Assembly (NCBI RefSeq): GCF_006345805.1
Contig: NC_043015.1
Location: forward strand, 44,702,001 to 44,766,000
Direction: 5' to 3'
DNA length: 64,000 nt
From: Octopus sinensis
Taxonomy: Eukaryota
Shown here piece after piece: positions 28,655 through 39,341 of the stretch. The translations under genes and the position numbers were made by a program. Under the pieces are notes generated by a model that saw only the letters and a program-made list of their open reading frames with translations, ran no database searches and was not told the DNA's origin. Within the stretch, counting starts at the first letter, position 1. Each line of letters starts with the position of its first letter.

Positions 28655-28810
28655 GTGATAATGATGATGATGGTAGTTTTGATGATGATGATGATGATGA
28701 TGGTGATAATGATGATGATGGTAGTTTTGATGATGATGATAATGATGATGATGATGATGATGGTGATAATGATGATGATGGTAGTTTTGATGATGATGAT
28801 GATGATGATG
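28094..28810. repeat. (GAT)n array with higher-order repeats
   Basis: Block ggtagtgatgaagat...ggtattgat...tatgatcat...aaggat recurs three times. Confidence 0.92.
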
Positions 28811-29062
28811 TAGACGACAGCTCATTATCATCGTCATCAATGCGACGTGCATTATCATAATCAGTCGTGAGGGTACTGAGGGTGTGAAAGTCTTTGTGTC
28901 TTCAGCAATTCAAACCAACAAAACTGGAGAGAGAAAGCCCACCCTTCCAGAGCAATATAAGATGTGGTGCAGCAAAATCCGAAACGACATCGGGCATTGC
29001 ATGTCAGGCCCTCACCTGAAACTCTCAAATGAGGCGGTAGAGAGGAAATCCAAACAATCGCC

Positions 29063-30380
29063 GGAGGTGGGATACCAGAAGAGCTAAAATCGCTGGAGGT
29101 GGGATACCAGAATGGAGGTGGGATACCAGAAGAGCTAAAATCGCTGGAGGTGGGATACCAGAATGGAGGTGGGATACCAGAAGAGCTAAAATCGCTGGAG
29201 GTGGGATACCAGAATGGAGGTGGGATACCAGAAGAGCTAAAATCGCTGGAGGTGGGATACCAGAATGGAGGTGGGATACCAGAAGAGCTAAAATCGCTGG
29301 AGGTGGGATACCAGAATGGAGGTGGGATACCAGAAGAGCTAAAACGCTGGAGGTGGGATACCAGAATGGAGGTGGGATACCAGAAGAGCTAAAACGCTGG
29401 AGGTGGGATACCAGAATGGAGGTGGGATACCAGAAGAGCTAAAACGCTGGAGGTGGGATACCAGAATGGAGGTGGGATACCAGAATGGAGGTGGGATACC
29501 AGAAGAGCTAAAACGCTGGAGGTGGGATACCAGAATGGAGGTGGGATACCAGAAGAGCTAAAATCGCTGGAGGTGGGATACCAGAATGGGGTGGGATACC
29601 AGAAGAGCTAAAAGCTGGAGGTGGGATACCAGAATGGAGGTGGGATACCAGAAGAGCTAAAATCGCTGGAGGTGGTGATACCAGAATGGAGGTGGGATAC
29701 CAGAAGAGCTAAAATCGTTGGAGGGGGATACCAGAAGGAGGTGGATACCAGAAGAGCTAAAACGCTGGAGGTGGGGATACCAGAATGGAGGTGGGATACC
29801 AGAAGAGCTAAAACGCTGGAGGTGGGATACCAGAATGGAGGTGGGATACCAGAAGAGCTAAAACGCTGGAGGTGGGATACCAGAATGGAGGAGGTGGGAT
29901 ACCAGAAGAGCTAAAACGCTGGAGGTGGGATACCAGAATGGAGGGGGATACCAGAAGAGCTAAAACGCTGGAGGTGGGATACCAGAATGGAGGTGGGATA
30001 CCAGAAGAGCTAAAACGCTGAGGTGGGATACCAGAATGGAGGTGGGATACCAGAAGAGCTAAAACGCTGGAGGTGGGATACCAGAATGGAGGGGGATACC
30101 AGAAGAGCTAAAACGCTGGAGGTGGGATACCAGAATGGAGGTGGGATACCAGAAGAGCTAAAACGCTGGAGGTGGGATACCAGAATTGAGGTGGGATACC
30201 AGAAGAGCTAAAATCGCTGGAGGTGGGATACCAGAATGGAGGTGGGATACCAGAAGAGCTAAAATCGTTGGAGGTGGGATACCAGAATGGAGGTGGGATA
30301 CCAGAAGAGCTAAAATCGTTGGAGGTGGGATACCAGAAGAGCAAAAAAGCGCTAGAGGTGGGATACCAGAAGAGCTAAAA
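29063..30380 (+). repeat. 50/51-bp G-rich minisatellite, about 26 units
   Basis: Unit GGAGGTGGGATACCAGAA-T-GGAGGTGGGATACCAGAA-GAGCTAAAA(T)CGCT; gagctaaaa at 29081 and 29132. Confidence 0.97.
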
Positions 30381-30480
30381 AAGTTAAAGAAAAGCAGAAA
30401 AAGTTAGAGAAAAGCAGAAAAGACAGCCTAAAGTTGAGAACAGTGAAGAAAAGTGGTCGATGTACCATGCTCTTTTGGAA

Positions 30481-30620
30481 GCGAAGGGCTTAAGTAATAC
30501 TGGATACCAATCTATGATGATGGTTGATGGAATGCTCAGAGCATCGAACGAGATACTTTGTAGTTAGGGGTCTTTGCACTCGGACGGCAACATCTGCAGC
30601 GATATTCGTGCCAGGCTCTA
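30481..30620 (+). mobile_element. Possible degraded LINE reverse-transcriptase fragment
   Basis: MMMVDGMLRASNEILCS*GSLHSDGNICSDIRARL resembles RT subdomain 7 (YLGS.I..DG...EI..RI) of RTE-type LINEs. Confidence 0.4.
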
Positions 30621-30881
30621 TGAGACTACTTTTTCTAAGGAAAACATCAGAGTTGTGGAAAAAGGGGAGACTTGCACATATATGAAAGGTTTGCCAAATC
30701 TTACGCATTTGCACATCCAAGTGTTTTTTTACAGTTAATCACACCTTTCTTCGTCAAGCCCTACGCACGTTTCCGCTTTGGATTTACCAGTGATGATTAA
30801 CCGAATATAGTAAATTTAACTAACTGGAGTTTATCTACATTCACTGTGGTTAGCCAGAACGAACACGTTATCCGCTAGGAT

Positions 30882-30912
<31 letters not shown>

Positions 30913-30959
30913 ATATATATTATATATATATATATATATTATATATATATATATTATTT

Positions 30960-31138
30960 CTCTGTGTATCTTTCTGTTGAAGAGCGTAGGCTCGAAACGT
31001 TAAAGACTCTTGTTTTACTTATATTCCTGAGCGCCATACTAAACAATTGCTTGTTTGTATTCCACCTGCCTTCGTCTTTTTTTATTTCCGTAAACCTGCC
31101 TTCGTCTTTTGTCTATTTTCATAAAGCTTCCCGTTATA

Positions 31139-31140
<2 letters not shown>
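30960..31140 (+). mobile_element. Penelope-like repeat P2 with hammerhead-like motif
   Basis: 30969-31006 reads TCTTT CTGTTGA A GAGC GTAG GCTC GAA ACGT T AAAGA; flanked by (TA)n on both sides. Confidence 0.7.
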
Positions 31141-31201
<61 letters not shown>

Positions 31202-31478
31202 CAAGTTAAAATCTACAGTCAGAGAGTAGATTTAATACTATCATCATTCTTAAGAACGAAATCAACTTCTCTGTCTGTATATCTACCCTCTTTATAATGT
31301 TGGCAAACGAAATAAGGATAAGAATGTGCATTGTCCGTTTGATTGGAAAATTTCTATAAGTGGCTGAAGATTGCTCGACATTTTAAAGCTAATGTAATAC
31401 TTACAGTGTTTAATAAAATGAAGTAGCATGAAACGATCGTACCACATTACCTCGGATATACTTGTTGCTTATTTTGAT

Positions 31479-31541
<63 letters not shown>

Positions 31542-31660
31542 CAGGGTGAATACTTGATAAATGTAAGCAGATTAGATAAGTTTAAGTTTTGTTTCTATAA
31601 AGCTCGAAACATATGTACCACAACATCCTTTGTCTGTTTTTTTTTCATTTTATTTCATTT

Positions 31661-31706
<46 letters not shown>

Positions 31707-31790
31707 TAAGGTGTTAAGACGAGATTTCAAACAATAATTAAAACAATAGGCAGATTTGATTTATAGTACATATACTGATTCTCAGATTAG

Positions 31791-31910
31791 AACAAGACCT
31801 ATATCACGTTGAAAGCACCAGTTCTCGTCCGTTTACTGAAGTTAAACAACGTCGAGCCTAGTTGGTACTCAGATGGGTGTCTGCTTGGGAAATTTAGGTG
31901 TCGTAAGCAT
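31791..31910 (+). rRNA. 5S: 5S rRNA-derived copy, probably a pseudogene
   Basis: atatcacgttgaaagcaccagttctcgtccg...gaagttaaacaacgtcgagcctagttggtactcagatgggtg...gggaa...ggtgtcgtaag aligns with metazoan 5S over about 120 nt; several substitutions and no oligo-T terminator. Confidence 0.88.
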
Positions 31911-31915
31911 CTCAT

Positions 31916-31983
31916 ACTTAAAGGCGGTGCTCCGGCATGGCCGCAGTCAAATGACTGAAATCAGTAAAAGAGAGTAAAAGAGT
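31916..31983 (+). mobile_element. Family B SINE 3' tail
   Basis: aaaggcggtgctccggcatggccgcagtcaaatgactgaaa..gtaaaagag. Confidence 0.85.
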
Positions 31984-32088
31984 ATATTGGTATCACGGTA
32001 CTCCAGGAGTAAAGAATATGAAGAACCTAGTAAGAGGTTTGTCAGACTACTATAAAAACATAATATATTTATCTTCATTTATTTCTGA

Positions 32089-32449
32089 CTAGCACTATGA
32101 CCCGGCAATGCCAGGTCATAGTGCTAGTGCATGCATATACAGCTGCATGCGTGCACACATACGCGAGTACTGTCCAAGTCTCTGACCAATCACATACAGC
32201 TAGCTGGCATTCAATTGGCGTATCAAGTTTCAGGTATTTTGATTGGGTTTTGGATAGAAAATTCACAAAAAAAGTCACTTCTATTGAGTTTTTAATGGCT
32301 TTGTCGGGTGACTGGGGAAATGTAAAGATGTGCACGACCACCCTTGGACGGTTTTGCATGACCATAGAAAGTGCGAGCCCTCTAACTGAAAAATTGTGGA
32401 TTTGTATAAAGGACACACACAGACATTTTGCCGTTTATATATAGAGAGA
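32089..32449 (-). mobile_element. Non-autonomous Helitron, family H2
   Basis: Minus strand 5' TCTCTCTATATATAAAC, 3' hairpin plus CTAG followed by T; second copy at 42880-43190. Confidence 0.85.
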
Positions 32450-33089
32450 CTAGCAGTATCGCCCGGCGTTGCTCGGGTTTGTAAGGGAAATAACTATATA
32501 AGCATTTTTAGAGAGTTATAGCCAAAAAATAGCAAAAAATGCATTAAAAATGGAAAAAATATGATGGTAAATTTTTTTTTAAATCGTTGACTCATCGTAG
32601 ACATTTTTAGAGAGTTACTTCCCTTATATAATAGCGAAAAAATGCATTAAAAATGGAAAAAAAAAAACGATGGTAAATTTTTTTTAAATCGTAGACTCAT
32701 GTAGACGCTTTCTTAGCCATTTCTGTTTTGGTGTCTTCAAGCCATGAAGTCGTTGTTCTAAAAGAACGCTGTCTCCTTGACAACGCATTACGACGTTGAT
32801 TTCCTTACACTCCCTTCCCCACAGGTGCAGGTGTTGAGCGTGGATGCCAACTCCGCCGCCATCGACTCACGAAAAATTATGCATTAAAAATGGAATAAAA
32901 AATGATGTTAAATTATTTTTAAAATCTTAGACTCATCGTAGACGCGCGCAATACTCAGACGGGCTCGATATGAATCACGACTATAAGCTACCCGAATTTG
33001 GTTAAACTGCACCGCAAAATGTGGGAGTAGTTAGGAATCTAAATCGAAGGGGACAGACACTCACACAACTACAGTTTTATATATATAGA
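32450..33089 (-). mobile_element. Non-autonomous Helitron, family H1, long form
   Basis: 5' TC after A; 3' CCCGAGCAACGCCGGG hairpin plus CTAG; internal duplication and extra segment relative to 34870-35168. Confidence 0.88.
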
Positions 33090-33099
33090 TATACATAGC

Positions 33100-33695
33100 G
33101 CAGTAGTGGTGAGATGTGACAGCAAAGAAAAGAACATTCACTCTCTGCATGCAATTAGACTCGGAAAGTTCGTGAGGAACCCATTGACCCAATTTGCTGA
33201 CTTTTCCGATAGCACACAGGTCTCAATGAATGGTTGAATGACCAAATCCAAGCTTCTTTGCTAGTTCCTCAACAGTTACGATGAGATTTTGTTCCACCGG
33301 GTTTTCAGGATGTCGTTGTCGAGTTCTACAGATCTTTCAGGATGAGGTCGTCTTTGGCTGTAGTTTATGGCTCGGAATTTCTGGAACCACCATTGACACT
33401 GCCTTACGCTTATTGTCCAATCCCCATATACTGCATTAATATTTCTTGTACTTTCCGTTGCGTTGTTGTCTTTATTGAACTCATAAAGCAAAATATGGCA
33501 AATACGCTCCTTTGTTACTTCCAACATAGCTTTGAAAAAAATAGCTGTTTAAAATCGAAATGCACTCTTAAAAACTTGCACTATGAATAAGGACAAGATA
33601 AAATTACTACCTGCTTTTATAGCAAGTTAATATAAGTAGTTTATCCCATTCCCCTCTGACTTTTAGTTCAAGCTGTTGAAAAAAACCGCATTATT
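33100..33695 (-). mobile_element. Mariner relic (left TIR remnant plus N-terminal HTH)
   Basis: taatgcggttttt TIR-like end at about 33680-33695; EVTKERICHILLYEFNKDNNATESTRNINAVYG...; VEELAKKLGFGHSTIH*DLCAIGKVSKLGQWVPHEL. Confidence 0.92.
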
Positions 33696-34072
33696 ATATA
33701 TATATACATACATACATACATACATATACACACACACTCTCTCTCTCACACACATGCACACATTTATATTCTGTTATTCTTTTATATGTTTCAGCCTTGA
33801 GGTTGTGGCCATGCTGGATCATGTGTGTGTGTGTGTGGTGTGTTGTGTATCTGTCTGTGTCTGTATGTATATATGTATATGTATGTGTGTGAACAATAAT
33901 ATTTTCAACAGATGTGTTGCAAAGGTATCTGATTGTTCTCAAGCTTCAATACTGTGTGTGTGTATGTGTGTGTGTGTGTGTGTATGTATATGTATGTATG
34001 TATGTATATGTATGTATGTATGTATGTGTGTATGTATGTATGTGTGTGTGTATGTATGTATGTGTGTGTGTA

Positions 34073-34103
<31 letters not shown>

Positions 34104-34869
34104 ATGTATGTATGAGTGTATGTTTACTTTATTACTAACACAAGCCACTACGGTTATTTAATGTAAAGTCTTCCTCAAATCACTCTCTCTCGTTATTTAC
34201 TCTCTTCCAAGAACATTTTCACTCACTCTTATCTCTTAGCTTCCCATACATTTTACTCATGTATCTATCAGCGTCATAGACAGAAACAAATATTACATCG
34301 CCATCGTCATCGCATTCTATTGTCTACCTGTCAACACACTGAATTAGTTTCACTTTATTCGTTGCACACTGTGTGTGTGCGTTTGCGTGTGCTGTAAACC
34401 AGACTAAGAAAAGCATTTGACATACACACCAGAATGTGAGTTTTCTGTAAATTTTGCTTAATTGGAGTTTAAATTTTAAAAACTGGACCTGGCATGGCCC
34501 GATGCATTCTACTCTTAAAAATGCTAGGTAAATTGTAATGGAAGAAATCCTATATTGTAGATTTCTATAACTGACAAAGGGAGGCAGATAAAATCTGCCT
34601 TTTATAATAAGAGATTCATTTAGCACGTTGTTGTTGTTTTTTACCCAAACACCCGTGATAAACGACGACAGATGTATTATATCATGAATCTGAATTTAAA
34701 AATGAATTAAATTATTTGTAATCTCCGATGAAATACAAAAGTTTGTGGATACTAACATGAGAGCATAGCAAGTTTAAATGGCAGTTAAAGATTCCTGGGT
34801 GACATTGACAATAAAAGGGTGCTTTGAAATTATACTCCTTATTGCCATTTCTGTTTGTTATATATTAAA

Positions 34870-35168
34870 CTAGCAGTATCGCCCGGCGTTGCTCGGGTTT
34901 GTAAGGGAAATAACTATATAAGCATTTTTAGAGAGTTACTTCCCTTATATAATAGCAAAAAATGCATTAAAAATGGAAAAAAATGATGGTAAATTTTTTT
35001 TAATCGTAGACTCATCGTAGACGCGCGCTAATACCCAGAAGGGCTCGATATGAATCACGACTATAAGATACCCGCTTTTGGTTAAACTGCACCGCAAAAT
35101 GTGGGAGTAGTTAGGAATCTAAATCGTAGGAGACAGACACCACACAACTTCACTTTTATATATAAAGA
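34870..35168 (-). mobile_element. Non-autonomous Helitron H1
   Basis: A|TC...hairpin-CTAG|T; near-identical reverse complement of 56298-56596. Confidence 0.9.
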
Positions 35169-35223
35169 TATGTTAACGAAAACAGAAACCTATGGTATCA
35201 TCTAGCAAAATGTAAGTGAAGAA

Positions 35224-35445
35224 ATCAATGACTTAATATTCATGGATGATCTTAAATTTTACTCTCAAAAGCGAGAAAGAACATTTTAATATGATTTGCT
35301 AGAATTTGTAGTAAAGATGCTATTTGGTTTTTGGTAAATGCAGTTTTGGAAAAAGGTGAAAATCCTGAGGGAATTAATTACACTTCAAGATAGAAAATCA
35401 ATAACATAATTGAAAGAGGGTGAAGGACACAAATACGATATGGAT
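35224..35445 (+). mobile_element. Dong/R4-clade reverse-transcriptase relic
   Basis: INDLIFMDDLKFYSQ (catalytic FMDD motif); later SKD..., AVLEKG and LKEGEGHKY with frameshifts. Confidence 0.75.
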
Positions 35446-35678
35446 ATGGTTATGCTACAGGGTGATGTGATGAATATAGGCTGTGTTGCAGAATGGAGAA
35501 ATAAACCAGAGGAAACAAATGATAAAATTGGAGAAAAATGCAAAATACAAAATCCCCCAAAACAAAATGAAACGGAAGTAACACAACGAAATCACTGATA
35601 TTATAATAACGCTGAGACATTTTACTGGCTTTCTTCGATTGATTGAACTTTATCTTCATGCAATAGATGGGTATACCC

Positions 35679-36235
35679 GCTTCTTCTTCTTCTTCTTCTT
35701 CTTCTTCTTCTTCTTCTTCTTTTCTTCTTCTTCTTCTTCTTCTTCTTCTTCTTCTTCTTTTTCTTCTTCTTCTTTTTCTTCTTCTTCTTCTTCTTCTTCT
35801 TCTTCTTCATATATGCAATAGATGGGTATACCCACTTCTTCTTCTTCGTCTTCTTCTTCTTCTTCTTCTTCTTCTTTTTCTTCTTCTTCTCCTTCCTCTT
35901 TGTCTTCTCCTTCCTCTCTCTTTCTTTTCCCTCTTCCCTCCTTTCTCTTTTCCTCTCTTCTCCTTCTTTCTCCTTCTTCCTTCCTCCTCCTCCTTCTCTT
36001 CTTCTTTTCTTCTCCTCCTTCCTCTCTTACTTCTTCCTTTCCTTCTTCGTCTTCTTCTCTTCCTTCCTTCTTCTTCTTTCCATTTCTTCTCCTCATCCTC
36101 CTCCTCCTCCTCCTCTTCTTCTCTCCTTCTCTCCTCCCCCCTCCCATCCTCTCCTCTTTCTCCCCCTCCTTCTCCTCCTCTCCCCCTCTCCTTCTTCTTC
36201 TTCTTCTTCTTCTTTTCCTCCTCCTCCTCCTCCTT
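35679..36235. repeat. (CTT/CCT)n polypyrimidine tract
   Basis: Direct reading; about 550 bp almost purely C/T on the + strand. Confidence 0.95.
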
Positions 36236-36339
36236 GGTAGTTTCTCGAATCTGAGAAAGGTGATACCCAATTTTTTTGTTGAACAACCTGCTCAAATAAT
36301 TTGTATATATAGTCAAATGTTTTGTTCTGCCCATTATCT

Positions 36340-36527
36340 CACTTCCTACATCAAACCGACGTCGTCTGTACAGGTGCACGATCTATTACACATCACATGT
36401 CGAAATAATTTGCATAGCAACATGAAATGAAGTGCTTTGCTCAAGAACACCACACTTCTCGCCGGTCCGGGAATCGAAACCCCAGATCTCGCGATTGTAG
36501 GTGAAATACCCTAACCAGTAGGCCACG
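36340..36527 (-). mobile_element. Family F tRNA-headed SINE
   Basis: Minus gtggcctactggttagg...ggtttcgattccc...gtgttcttgagcaaagcacttcatttca; related copies at 48880-49005 (+) and 52830-53028 (-). Confidence 0.75.
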
Positions 36528-37048
36528 TCAGAGCACACTGTAGCACTGCTGAATGTGAACAAGGAGTTTACACCCACAGCTCAAATCTTGTGGATTGTAT
36601 GTAGAAAGAAAGAATGAAGCTAACGACAGCTTAATGTTGCGAACACGGTGCATTTTGCAATTATAGGATTAGAAAGTTGTGTTAGAGAAAATGAAGGAAC
36701 GCATATATGTGCAAACAGAAAGATTAATGGCAGAAGTGTAAACAAAAGAAGATTATAAAAATAAAGGGGAGAGAAAAAAAAACAGGAAGATGTATGGAAG
36801 ATGTATGGAAGGCTGGACAGGCAAACAAAAGTCAGGGCAAAAAAAGTAATAATGGGCTTAGCTGAAAGAAGGAATATTGGAATAATAATTTTGTCATTCT
36901 TCTCTGATACCTTTCTCGTGAAAATGCGCTCGCACACACACAGAGGAAGACATATTATAAAGAAAAAGGGTGCATGGGAGAGATTTTGATTCAAAATTTC
37001 AAAGTAGATGAAAAATTGGTGATACCACCCGCCACGGATGGTATAGAA

Positions 37049-37774
37049 GGCGGCGAGCTGGCAGAATTGTTAGCACGCCGGGCGAAATACTTAGCGGTAT
37101 TTCGTCTGCCGTTACATTCTGAGTTCAAATTCCGCCGAGGTCGACTTTGCCTTTCATCTTTTCGGGGTCGATAAATTAAGTACCAGTTACGCACTGGGGT
37201 CGATGTAATCGACTTAATACCTATGTCTGTCCTTGTTTGTCCCCTCTGTGTTTAGTCCCTTGTGAGTAGTAAAGAAATAGGTATTTCGTCTGCTGTTACA
37301 TTCTGAGTTCAAATTCCGCCGAGGTTGACTTTTCCTTTCATCCTTTCGGGGTCGATAAATTAAGTACCAGTTACGCACTGGGGTCGATGTAATCGACTTA
37401 ATCCGTTTGTCTGTCCTTGTTTGTCCCCTCTATGTTTAGCCCCTTGTGGGTAATAAAGAAATAGGTATTTCGTCTGCCGTTACATTCTGAGTTCAAATTC
37501 CGCCGAGGTCGACTTTTCCTTTCATCCTTTCGGGGTCGATAAATTAAGTACCAGTTACGCACTGGGGTCGATGTAATCGACTTAATCCGTTTGTCTGTCC
37601 TTGTTTGTCCCCTCTATGTTTAGCCCCTTGTGGGTAATAAAGAAATAGGTATTTCGTCTGCCGTTACATTCGGAGTTCAAATTCCGCCGAGGTTGACTTT
37701 TCCTTTCATCCTTTCGGGGTCAATAAATTAAGTACCAGTTACGCACTGGGGTCGATGTAATCGACTTAATCCGT
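37049..37774 (+). mobile_element. Family A SINE, head plus about 4 tandem 184-bp units
   Basis: aaagaaatag at 37271, 37455 and 37639; last unit joined to a family B-type tail (37775-37948). Confidence 0.95.
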
Positions 37775-38703
37775 CGGTTCAGTAAGCGGGACCGATAAAA
37801 ATAAGAACCAGATTTTAATGAAAAAACAAAAAAAAAGAAAGGAAGAAAAAACTAAGTACCGGGATCGATTTGTTCAACTAAAATCCCTTTGAAATCGTGC
37901 CCCAGTATGGCCGGGTCCAGTGATTGAAACCAGTAAAAGATAAAAGACATACGACTACGTGGGGTAATGTAGTACAAGACACGTGATATCTGGGGTCGGT
38001 GATGGGAGGGAGGGCAGATGGCTATTGCAGGAATGCTTTTGATTGTAAGTCTACCGAATCCAGATTAACCCTGGGCTAAGCCTGCCCCTCCTCCCCCACC
38101 TCCTTCTCCTCCTCCTCCTCTTCATCATTATCATCATCGTCGTCGTGGTTATCATCATATCGTCGTCGCCGTCATCAGACCCACCACGACCACCACGACC
38201 ACCACCACTACCACTACCACTACCACCACCACAACCAAAACCACCACCATCACCACCAACACCACCACCACCACTGCCGCGGCCACCACCGCCGCCGCCG
38301 CCGTCGTCATCATCGTCATCGTCATCATCAACAACAACAACAACAACTACAGCACAGAATAAACTGCTTTACTGCAGAAGCACAGCGAAACAGCCGTACC
38401 AGATTTGAACTTAAAAACGTTAAATATTTAATCCATTCAGCTTGTTTCAACCTCTGCACACAAGGTTTATTATCGCCAACCGCCAGTTTTGTTCTTACAA
38501 CACAGGAACACACCACCCGCTGTTCTTTACATAATTTAGAGCCGATGAACTGGTTAAACAAGGTTACTTGGTGGAATACAGCTGAGTAAAGGGTTTGGTG
38601 GCGGTCGGAGTTTAAACGATATTTTGAAAGAACCTGGTTCGGTTAACTAAACTGATTTCAAATTTTGGCACAATGCCAGCAATTTCGGGACGGGGGAGGG
38701 AAG

Positions 38704-39018
38704 GAATAAGTTTGTTTGTTTGTTCCTTCTCGAGCCACGCCTGGCTCATAAGGGCCGGTTTCCCGGTTTACTTGGCGTATAGGTTCCCCACCTGGATGGG
38801 ACACTGGTCTGCGCAGGTGAGCTGCAAGATGCAGTAGGAAAGAGTGAGAGAAAGTTGTGGCGAAAGAGTCAGCAGAAGTTCGCCATTGCCTTCTGCCGGA
38901 GCCGCGTGGAGCTTAGGTATTTCGCTCATAAATACACACATCGCCCGGCCTGCGATTCGAACCCACGATCACTCGACCACGAGTCCGCTGCTCTAACCAC
39001 TAGGCCATGTGCCTCCAC
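38704..39018 (-). mobile_element. Family C SINE, full length
   Basis: tRNA-like head gtggaggcacatggcctagtggttagagc...ggttcgaatc; 3' part gtcccatccaggtgggg...aaaccgggaaaccggccc resembles from memory the Meta-domain. Confidence 0.88.
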
Positions 39019-39021
39019 TGA

Positions 39022-39341
39022 AGGAATAAGTCGATTACATCGATCCCCAGTGTTCCGAAAGGATGAAAGGCAAAGTCGACCTCGGCAGAATTTGAACTCA
39101 GAACGTAGCGGCAGACGAAATACCTATTTCTTTACTGCCCACAGAGGGGACAAACAAGGACAGACAAGCGGATTAAGTCGATTATATCGACCCCAGTGCG
39201 TAACTGGTACTTATTTAATCGACCCCGAAATGATGAAAGGCAAAGTTGACCTCGGCGGAATTTGAACTCAGAACGTAGCGGCAGACGAAACACCGCTAAG
39301 CATTTCGCCCGGCGTGCTAACGTTTCTGCCAGCTCGCCGCC
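39022..39341 (-). mobile_element. Family A SINE, head plus 2 internally deleted units
   Basis: Array junction gacgaaatacctatttcttt at about 39115-39135. Confidence 0.88.

Noticed and set aside
27947-28858. 303-aa His-rich ORF, tempting as a cephalopod histidine-rich beak protein
   Set aside because: It is the (CAT)n reading of a GAT array; triplet slippage keeps all frames open; no signal peptide or Gly/Ala-rich motifs
29063-30380. CRISPR-like look of the 51-bp array and of the 184-bp SINE arrays
   Set aside because: No unique spacers, no cas genes, eukaryotic context
38950-39018. tRNA-like sequences with A- and B-boxes
   Set aside because: They run directly into SINE bodies and do not close an acceptor stem; these are SINE heads, not tRNA genes
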